A DNA stretch of 19,717 bases from contig JBBSJT010000037.1 of assembly GCA_038257035.1 (NCBI GenBank), positions 1 through 19,717 of the forward strand, written 5' to 3'. The notes beneath the pieces are model-generated. The model had not been told where the DNA came from. It was given only the letters and a program-made list of their open reading frames with translations, and made no database searches. A program made the translations under genes and the position numbers. Of this stretch, positions 1 through 6,982 are shown piece after piece. This stretch comes from Chlamydiia bacterium. Lineage in GTDB: Bacteria; Chlamydiota; Chlamydiia; Chlamydiales; Parachlamydiaceae. Every line of letters starts with the position of its first letter. Positions within the stretch are counted from its first letter, which is position 1.

Positions 1-177
1 GTGAGGCAGTGAGAAAGACAGGAGGACAGTGAGGGAGTCTTGGAATGAACACCGATTGTCACTATTCAACATCTTCTCAATAAAAAATTTCAATCTTAAG
101 TTCATGATTTTTCTACGGCCTCATGTCTTTCTCACTGTCCTCATGCCTTTCTCACTGCCTCACTGGTAAAAAAATCA
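1..177. repeat. Palindromic element E1 (CAGTGAG-type arms), cut at the window start
   Basis: 1-33 GTGAGGCAGTGAGAAAGACAGGAGGACAGTGAG pairs with 131-163 (2 mismatches). The right arm has a ~20-nt tandem unit CCTCATGYCTTTCTCACTG and ends GGTAAAAAAATCA, like E3-E5. Confidence 0.85.
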
Positions 178-202
178 AAAAGTAAAATTTTACAACTTCA
201 TA

Positions 203-253
203 CTCCCCTTTCTACCTTTCCTGTCTTTGTAATCTCTGTGGTAAAAAAAAATG
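203..253. repeat. Pyrimidine tract + CTCTGTGGTAAAAAAAA motif (remnant half-element)
   Basis: The same motif occurs at 11111-11157, with variants at 5089-5138 and 14884-14929, each just downstream of a palindromic element. Confidence 0.6.
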
Positions 254-333
254 GGTGTCGAACGTAAATTGCTTTCAAAAAATGTTGAAGTCGTATAAAA
301 AATACTTTTATTTAGTATGCTTGGGGGTTCAAC

Positions 334-2091
334 ATGCGCGGCTTAAAAGGTTTTTCTATCATTCTAATCACAGCTCTTCTTGCTTTTTTCGGAGTTATCT
401 ATTGGCCTGCCATAGAGAATTTAAATACTGAAACAGTAAATCAAATTTCATTAAGTGAACTTCAAGATTTGCAATTGGCTGAAAGTGATTATAAAAAGGC
501 AAAATATGAAGAAACTTTAAAAATGGTATTAAAGCATGTTGATTCCATAGATTCTAATTCTGAATTAGGCAGGGAGTGGCTTTCTTTATTGGTTAATACA
601 GCTGAAAAAACTTTCGATTTACAACAGCTTATTTTAATCAATGAACAATACCCAACGGCCTTAGGAAAAAATGAAAAAGCATCTTTGCTTGCAGCAGAAA
701 CGTATTTGATGAACGGCCTCGACAAGGAATATAGCAAACTTAGAAACCAGTGGGTGGGACGTGAAAATTATGAAGATGCATGGAAGCTTTTTGATGCTGA
801 CTACCTCATCACAATAGGAAAGCATGATGAAGGGCATGAGTTTTTAGAAAATCAAAAATTTCAAGGCAAAGAAGAAATTACACGGCTTATCAAGTTGGCT
901 CTAATGCAAGCACATGACAATCCTCAAAAAGCTTTAGACTTACTAGCGGAAGCCTCAAAACAAAATCCTTCTGATCTTGATGTTTATATTTATAAATTTA
1001 AACTCCTTGAAAATTTAGGTAAAAGGGAGCTTGCCCTAAAAACTTACCAAGAAGCAATTTTACAAAATCCAAATTCTGTTTTCCTTTATGATGAGCTTGC
1101 CAAAGAGTATGTTCGAAAACAACAATACAAAGAAGCAATCAACACCTGGAAAAAGGCCTTAAAAGTTGTTAAAGAGACAAACGACATAAATCACGACAAT
1201 ATTCTGACAAATTTAATCTTTTTTGATCGAATGATCTATGGTAAAAAAAATGACTGGAACCAATATGCCTCTTTGGTCCATCAATCAAAACCTTTTTTTA
1301 ACTATCTTACTAACTTGAAGGCGCAAGAATTTGTAAATCAGAGCGAATTTATAAAAATTCCTTTAAACCAAGAATACCTTGCAAATGATGAAATCACCTA
1401 TTGGTTATCGCTTCTTGATGCCTTAAAGAAAAATGATAAAGAAAAAGCCTTAACATTGATTCAAACTAGTCCATTCAAGGACAATACCATGAATCCAGGA
1501 TTGGAATTTGCTTTTTTACAAGCTCTAACTTTTCAAAAAAATGGCTTGGCCAATCCACCCATTCCAGAATATCAAACAAATGATCACCCGTTGCTCGTTA
1601 GCTTAAATCAGCCCAACAACCTTATACCTCAGGATATAAAAGCTTTAATGCAGAGTGAAGAGGCTTTTACTGCTATTCTACTTGCCGCCGGTTGGACTGA
1701 ATCGGCTCTAGCGCTTCATAAAATGGATGTTTTCCCAGTTGATTTTCCGGCAGACTTTGCCCTTGAATTCACAAAAATTCTACGAAAAAATCGCAACGAT
1801 AAAGCAGCTGTTGAATTTGCTGCAAAACAACATCAAACTGCTGACCTTACAATTTTAGTACAGGAAATGACGGCAAAAGAAGCATTTGAAAATGGAAATA
1901 TTGCGCTTGCAACTAGTATTTACGAAATCATTTCAGATAAGTCTCTTGAGGCCAGATCCTTCCTTGCAAGAAAAGCCTTTAAAGATAGGAATTTTGAATT
2001 AGCTGCTAAGCTTACCAAAGATTTACTTGAAAACTATCCTAACAATCCCCTTCTCAAGGAAAATTTGAGAAAAATCCAGGAAAACATTTGA
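334..2091 (+). CDS. TPR-repeat protein with N-terminal membrane anchor/signal sequence
   Basis: 585-aa ORF with a hydrophobic N-terminus (FSIILITALLAFFGVIYW), TPR-like helices (ALKTYQEAILQNPNSVFLYDELAKEYVRKQQYKEAINTWKKAL) and a GGGGG RBS-like sequence upstream. Confidence 0.8.
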   Translation: MRGLKGFSIILITALLAFFGVIYWPAIENLNTETVNQISLSELQDLQLAESDYKKAKYEETLKMVLKHVDSIDSNSELGREWLSLLVNTAEKTFDLQQLILINEQYPTALGKNEKASLLAAETYLMNGLDKEYSKLRNQWVGRENYEDAWKLFDADYLITIGKHDEGHEFLENQKFQGKEEITRLIKLALMQAHDNPQKALDLLAEASKQNPSDLDVYIYKFKLLENLGKRELALKTYQEAILQNPNSVFLYDELAKEYVRKQQYKEAINTWKKALKVVKETNDINHDNILTNLIFFDRMIYGKKNDWNQYASLVHQSKPFFNYLTNLKAQEFVNQSEFIKIPLNQEYLANDEITYWLSLLDALKKNDKEKALTLIQTSPFKDNTMNPGLEFAFLQALTFQKNGLANPPIPEYQTNDHPLLVSLNQPNNLIPQDIKALMQSEEAFTAILLAAGWTESALALHKMDVFPVDFPADFALEFTKILRKNRNDKAAVEFAAKQHQTADLTILVQEMTAKEAFENGNIALATSIYEIISDKSLEARSFLARKAFKDRNFELAAKLTKDLLENYPNNPLLKENLRKIQENI

Positions 2092-2099
2092 TTTCCAAA

Positions 2100-2129
2100 T
2101 TTTTATGGGGTCAATTGACCTCATAAAAA
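2100..2129 (+). terminator. Terminator-like palindrome after the TPR gene
   Basis: TTTTTATGGGGTCAA|TTGACCTCATAAAAA, with one G-U pair, starting 9 nt after the stop codon. Confidence 0.55.
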
Positions 2130-2245
2130 GTTTCCCCACCACCACATTTCCACTAGAAATTTTTTAAAACAATAAATTAAAACAATTAATAATTTTTCAA
2201 CATTTAAATTCAATATAATTATTTATAATTATTTTTTTCAAATTA

Positions 2246-2274
2246 TTGACTAAACATATTATTTTAGTTATAAT
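2246..2274 (+). promoter_or_regulatory. Sigma70/sigma66-type promoter
   Basis: TTGACT (2246-2251), 17-nt spacer, TATAAT (2269-2274), preceded by a very AT-rich UP-like tract. Confidence 0.75.
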
Positions 2275-2287
2275 GAGGTTATGAGAG

Positions 2288-2475
2288 GGTTGATATAGTG
2301 TTTACTATCAACCGATGTTTGCTAGTGTGAGGTAATTAATCACGTATTTTGAGAATTAAAACTCAAAGCATAAAGTGAAGTTATTAAAGGTAGCCAAGTT
2401 AATAATATCGTTACCTTAACTTCAAAATAAAATCCTCTTAAGGATTTAATGCATCGTTGATTTTCCTCCACTAGC
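2288..2475 (+). ncRNA. Candidate structured leader / ncRNA (5' hairpin plus 4-way junction)
   Basis: Hairpin 2288-2313, then a long closing stem 2321-2348/2448-2475 enclosing hairpins 2348-2367, 2377-2423 and 2430-2447. G-U pairs favour the + strand. No known RNA family recognised. Confidence 0.5.
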
Positions 2476-2514
2476 TTCTTAATTATTTGCTATATTTGAT
2501 ATATCGGAGGTTCT

Positions 2515-2871
2515 ATGATTAAATCTAGTTTATTTCATCTAGCGTTTTTATTTTGTTTAGCAGCATTACCTTTAACCACGATTTCAGCAACTGAATCGTC
2601 ACTTATAGCCAAAGGCGGAGGCGGTCACGGAGGCGGTCACGGAGGTTGGAGTGGTGGCGGTGGTCATCATGGTAGCGGAGACTGGGGTCATCGTGGTGGC
2701 GACTGGGGTCATAGCGATTGGAACCGAGGTGGTGATTGGGGTGGCGGAAATTATTTCTACCTAGATACAGGGTATCCTTCTAGCCGGGGCGGTTCTTATT
2801 ATAACCAATCTTATTATGATCCATATTATTACAATACGAACCCTGGTGCTGGAGTTTATTTCGAGTTCTAA
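2515..2871 (+). CDS. Small secreted Gly/His-rich, Tyr-rich low-complexity protein (paralog 1)
   Basis: GGAGG RBS at 2506-2510, a Sec-type signal peptide, GGGH and GGDWGH repeats, and a Tyr-rich tail ending GAGVYFEF. Confidence 0.85.
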   Translation: MIKSSLFHLAFLFCLAALPLTTISATESSLIAKGGGGHGGGHGGWSGGGGHHGSGDWGHRGGDWGHSDWNRGGDWGGGNYFYLDTGYPSSRGGSYYNQSYYDPYYYNTNPGAGVYFEF

Positions 2872-2876
2872 AAATT

Positions 2877-2936
2877 ATGGTGTAACGCATTAAGGTTTGA
2901 TTCCCTCGGAATCGTACCTTTTTAGCGTTGCACCAT
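2877..2936 (+). other. 60-nt intercistronic hairpin
   Basis: ATGGTGTAACGC...AAGGT..GATTCC-CTC-GGAATC..ACCTT...GCGTTGCACCAT, containing G-U pairs. Confidence 0.65.
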
Positions 2937-2980
2937 GTTTTATAAAAAAGGGATTTTTTATAATTTAGGGGGAGTTTTAT

Positions 2981-3349
2981 ATGTGGAACATTAAAAAAAA
3001 TCTTTCTTTACTATCGTTTTTTGTAGCAACAATTTCTCTTATGCTATTTGGTGCGGGTGACTTATTAGCTAAAGACGGTGGTGGACGAGGTAAAGGTGGG
3101 GGTGGTCACGGTGGTGGTAAGCACCATGGCGGTAGTGGTAAGCACCATGGTGGTGGTAAACATCATCACGGACACCATAAACATGGCGGTAATTGGGGCG
3201 GAAGCTATTATAATTACGGAGGATACGGCGGATATCCCTATAACTATTCATACTATAGAAGCTATCCGACATATTATTATCCTGCAACCTATGATTACTA
3301 CACCACTCCTTATTACTACTCTAGTCCATTATATTACTATTACTATTAA
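2981..3349 (+). CDS. Small secreted Gly/His/Lys-rich, Tyr-rich low-complexity protein (paralog 2)
   Basis: GGGGAG RBS, a signal-peptide-like N-terminus and GGKHH repeats. 24 of the last 47 residues are Tyr. Shares L(I/L)AK and GGSYYN with paralog 1. Confidence 0.85.
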   Translation: MWNIKKNLSLLSFFVATISLMLFGAGDLLAKDGGGRGKGGGGHGGGKHHGGSGKHHGGGKHHHGHHKHGGNWGGSYYNYGGYGGYPYNYSYYRSYPTYYYPATYDYYTTPYYYSSPLYYYYY

Positions 3350-3370
3350 TAGTATTATAATGGCTTGATT

Positions 3371-3466
3371 AAGAGGCAAAGTCGTTAAGGTGCAAAGTTA
3401 AGAATGTCTTTAAGTAAAAGAGGATGTTTTTAGCCTTTGCGCCTTTGCAACTTTGCCTCTTTTTTT
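3371..3466 (+). terminator. Long (~90-nt) hairpin + T-tract between convergent genes
   Basis: AAGAGGCAAAGT (3371-3382) pairs perfectly with ACTTTGCCTCTT (3450-3461). The stem continues with many G-U pairs and is followed by a T run. Confidence 0.65.
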
Positions 3467-3478
3467 ATTGCGTATATC

Positions 3479-4669
3479 TTACGGAACAAATTGTTTTATT
3501 ATTTCAAAGACAAGTTCAAAGGAAACAAATAAAAACATTAAAATTAACAGGATTTTTCCACCGGGAACAGTATAGGTTGATTTAAATCCAAGGTAATATC
3601 GTCCACGCCAAACCATGAGAATCGGCAAAAGTCCAAGCAATAGCGAACATCCAAAACCTCCTGCATAATCAAGTGCCTGTAAAAATAACCCCGGTTGTAA
3701 AAATCCTATGAATAATGTTGGAACAAAAATTAAGCAACAAAGAAAAAGCCTGTTTGTTTTGGTTTTTTTAATTTGCAAACCATCAGCTAAAAAGTCTAAG
3801 AGACCTAATGTGACCCCTAAAAAGGATGTTAATAGGGCAAAAAAAGCAAAGGATTGACCAATAGGATATACCCACGAACTTTGAATAAAGTTTTTTAAAG
3901 GATAAACGGCATTGTCTCCATTTTCCAAGGCCTGTGCAAGACCTCCCATCCCATATGTTGGAACAATTCCAAGAATCAGTCCTTGCCAAATGGTATAAGC
4001 AAAAAGAGGAATAAAACTTCCTATAATGATGGCTTTTCTTACTTTAAGTTGATCATTGTCCATATAATGAAGAAGGCTTGGAATAATACCTTGATAGGCA
4101 AAGGCTGTAAAAGCAATAGGCAGCGCTTTTAATGAAAGACTCCAGTTGGAGTAACTTAGCAATTCAAACTTTATGAAACGAAAACCTAAAAAAACGAAGG
4201 CAAAATAAAAAAAGCCAAGAGCTGCAACAAGATAAATATTTAATTTCCCAACAACTTTTGTCCCTAAAAAAACAAAGGGTGCAAAGAAGGCAACAAAAAT
4301 AAAGGAGCCGGCTGATGTAGGTATGGATCCTGACAGGCTTTTTGAAACCATATCACCACAGCCAACAACATAGGCTAAAGTTAAGCAGTAAAATAAAAAG
4401 AGGTAAAGGATCCAAGCAGCAATTTTTCCTGGTGTACCAAGAGTCTTATGCGCCATTGTGACGATATTTGATTCTTGTTTTGTCCATTGAGAGACTTCCA
4501 GAAACAAGAGACCAGTTCCTGCCATAAAAGCCCAGCAACAAAAATAAATCACAAGCGAGGGAACAAATCCTCCTAAACTCGTCAAGACAGGTAATGCTAG
4601 CATCCCTCCGCCAATCGTCGTTCCGGCAACTAGGAGTGTGCCGCCAAATACTGTTCCATTCTGTTTCAC
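3479..4669 (-). CDS. tyrP: Aromatic amino acid (Tyr/Trp) permease, TyrP/Mtr family
   Basis: N-terminal GGTLLVAGTTIGGGMLALP family signature, about 11 hydrophobic segments and ALLTSFLGVTLGLLDFLAD. Lies downstream of glmS as in Chlamydia. Confidence 0.9.
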   Translation of the reverse strand: MKQNGTVFGGTLLVAGTTIGGGMLALPVLTSLGGFVPSLVIYFCCWAFMAGTGLLFLEVSQWTKQESNIVTMAHKTLGTPGKIAAWILYLFLFYCLTLAYVVGCGDMVSKSLSGSIPTSAGSFIFVAFFAPFVFLGTKVVGKLNIYLVAALGFFYFAFVFLGFRFIKFELLSYSNWSLSLKALPIAFTAFAYQGIIPSLLHYMDNDQLKVRKAIIIGSFIPLFAYTIWQGLILGIVPTYGMGGLAQALENGDNAVYPLKNFIQSSWVYPIGQSFAFFALLTSFLGVTLGLLDFLADGLQIKKTKTNRLFLCCLIFVPTLFIGFLQPGLFLQALDYAGGFGCSLLLGLLPILMVWRGRYYLGFKSTYTVPGGKILLILMFLFVSFELVFEIIKQFVP

Positions 4670-4779
4670 AATAACACCATATAATTTTTGATTTAATAAT
4701 AATATTATAAGTTTTTTGAACTAATAAGTCTATTATTTTTTTTAACACAGAGATCACATCATATAGCGCTTTTGTTGGC

Positions 4780-5064
4780 TTTTTTTACCGCGAAGACCGC
4801 GAAGAAGCGCAGCTTTGCTGCGGGAAGAAACGCGAAGAAGCGCGCTTGAAGCGCGAAGAAGAAGGCATTTCAAAAGTCATATAATAAGCCCCTTATTTAA
4901 AATTGTTTTTGACAAAACAATTTTACTAATCACCCACTTTGCAATTTGCAAAGAGGGATAAAAATAAATCTTTAGGTTTTCTTCCTCTTCGCGCTTTAGC
5001 GCGCTTCTTCGCGTTTCTTCCCGCAGCGTAGCTGCGCTTCTTCGCGGTCTTCGCGGTAAAAAAA
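4780..5064. repeat. Palindromic element E2 (CGCGAAGA-type arms, two-hairpin core)
   Basis: ~85-bp arms 4780-4864 / 4981-5064 (TTTTTTTACCGCGAAGACCGCGAAGAAG... / ...CTTCTTCGCGGTCTTCGCGGTAAAAAAA). The AT-rich core has hairpins at 4898-4925 and 4933-4957. TATAGCG lies at 4762. Confidence 0.9.
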
Positions 5065-5150
5065 TGAAAGGAAATACGTTGGACCTTGCTCTTCGCTCTC
5101 TCTCTCTGTGTTCTCTGTGGCCTTTGTGGTGTAAAAAACTTACAAGAAAG

Positions 5151-6977
5151 CTACTCTACCGTCACAGACTTTGCAAGGTTTCGTGGCATATCGATATCGG
5201 CTCCCCTGATTTTTGCTATATAATAAGCAAGAAGCTGGGTGACGACAACCGATGGAATACAAAGCAGCTCGTCGATGTTTTCAGGAATATAAATAATTTC
5301 ATCAGCAATTTTATCAAGACCATTAGATCCTTTTTCTGCAATCGCTATTACTTTGCCATTACGGGCTTTAATTTCCATTAAGTTGCTGATTAATTTAGAA
5401 TAGGTTGCTTTATTAGCGCATAAGGCAACTGTTGGACAATCTTCATTTATCAAAGCAATCGGCCCATGCTTCATTTCACCGGCAGGATATCCATTTGCAT
5501 TGATATACGAAATCTCTTTTAATTTTAAAGCCCCTTCCAAACTTGTTGGATACATATAATTTCGACCCAAAAAGAAGAAGTTTTCATAATGAGCATATTT
5601 GACTGCAATCGCTTCAATTTTCTCTTTTTGTTCCAATACAGCTATAATCTGGTCAGGCAATTTCTTTAAGGCATGAATAAAGTTAACACCCTCTTCAAGT
5701 CCCATGTGTCGCATGCGCGCCATCATCAAGGTGAATAAGCTTAAGACAACCATTTGACTTGTAAAAGCTTTTGTGGAACAAACGCCAATTTCTTGCCCTG
5801 CATGTAAATAAATTGTTGAATGAGATTCTCTTGAGAGCGTAGAATTTTCAACATTACAAATGCTCAAAATTTTAGCTCCTTTAGATTTCAATTCTTTAAT
5901 GGCAGCTACAGTGTCTGCAGTTTCTCCGGATTGGCTGATTGCTATGACTAGAGTTCCTGCCGAAACAATTGGGTTTTTATAACGAAATTCAGAAGATATT
6001 TCGATATTGACCGGAATACGGGCTTTTTCCTCCAGCATGTAAGCTGCAAGAAACCCTGCATGCCACGAAGTGCCACATGCTAAAATCAAAATGCGTTCTA
6101 CATTTTTAAGCTCAGGAACATCAAAATGAATGCCTTCAAAAACTGCCGTTCCATAGTCTTCTAGAAACCTTCCTGAAAGGGCATTTAAAACAGCTTGAGG
6201 CTGATCGAAAATTTCTTTTAGAGTGTAATGTTCAAAATCACCCTTACTATGCTCAAAAGCTACTGCTGCTAGTTTTTCCACTTCCTTTTCAATAGAAGAA
6301 TGTCCACTGTCAAAAAAATCAAGTGAATTGCTAGATATGACAGCAACTTGGTTTTTATCAAGATAAATGACTTCTCTTGTATAAGAAGCAAAGGAATGAG
6401 TATCTGAAGCTACAAACATCTCATCTACACCAACGCCAATAATTAAAGGCGCTTCATGTGCAAAAGCGATGATTTGATTGGGGAAATCTTCATGGATCAA
6501 GGCAATGGCGTAAGCGCCTTCTAAAAGTGAAATAACCTCTAAAATAGCCTTTACAATACATCCTTGATAAACACTGGAGATTAAATGAGCCACAACTTCT
6601 GTATCTGTATCTGAAACAAACTCATATCCTTTGCCCTTTAAATAATCGCGTAGAGGTTCATAATTTTCTATGATCCCATTATGAACAATGGCAAGGGAGT
6701 GATCTTTATTAAATTGGGGATGTGCGTTTTTTTTGGTTGGTGTTCCGTGTGTGGCCCATCTAGTATGAGCAACTCCGGATTCAAGTTTAAGGTGTAAACG
6801 ATTCACTTCCATTTCTAATTGAGCTATTTTTCCAACTTCTTTTGCATGGACAATTTTTCCATTACAAAAACCTGCAATGCCTGCCGAGTCATACCCTCGA
6901 TATTCCAGTTTTTTTAAACCTGTTAAAATCGTATTAACAGCATTTCTTGGACCAATATAACCAAAAATTCCGCACAT
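5151..6977 (-). CDS. glmS: Glutamine--fructose-6-phosphate transaminase (isomerizing)
   Basis: MCGI N-terminus (Ntn Cys), EYRGYDSAG, HTRWATHG, SQSGETADT, GEMKHGPIAL and C-terminal PRNLAKSVTVE. Confidence 0.98.
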   Translation of the reverse strand: MCGIFGYIGPRNAVNTILTGLKKLEYRGYDSAGIAGFCNGKIVHAKEVGKIAQLEMEVNRLHLKLESGVAHTRWATHGTPTKKNAHPQFNKDHSLAIVHNGIIENYEPLRDYLKGKGYEFVSDTDTEVVAHLISSVYQGCIVKAILEVISLLEGAYAIALIHEDFPNQIIAFAHEAPLIIGVGVDEMFVASDTHSFASYTREVIYLDKNQVAVISSNSLDFFDSGHSSIEKEVEKLAAVAFEHSKGDFEHYTLKEIFDQPQAVLNALSGRFLEDYGTAVFEGIHFDVPELKNVERILILACGTSWHAGFLAAYMLEEKARIPVNIEISSEFRYKNPIVSAGTLVIAISQSGETADTVAAIKELKSKGAKILSICNVENSTLSRESHSTIYLHAGQEIGVCSTKAFTSQMVVLSLFTLMMARMRHMGLEEGVNFIHALKKLPDQIIAVLEQKEKIEAIAVKYAHYENFFFLGRNYMYPTSLEGALKLKEISYINANGYPAGEMKHGPIALINEDCPTVALCANKATYSKLISNLMEIKARNGKVIAIAEKGSNGLDKIADEIIYIPENIDELLCIPSVVVTQLLAYYIAKIRGADIDMPRNLAKSVTVE

Positions 6978-6982
6978 AAATT

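Noticed and set aside
269..299. TTGCTT...TATAAA promoter for the TPR gene
   Set aside because: The 19-nt spacer in AT-rich DNA is too weak to call.
3069..3368. Alternative-frame ORFs 3069-3287(-) and 3078-3368(+)
   Set aside because: Shadows of the low-complexity Gly/Tyr gene, which has the RBS and signal peptide.
5064..5381. 105-aa + strand ORF
   Set aside because: It starts in repeat sequence and is antisense to the conserved glmS C-terminus.
6978..6982. glmS ribozyme upstream of glmS
   Set aside because: Only 5 nt separate glmM and glmS, and no ribozyme consensus was seen upstream of glmM.
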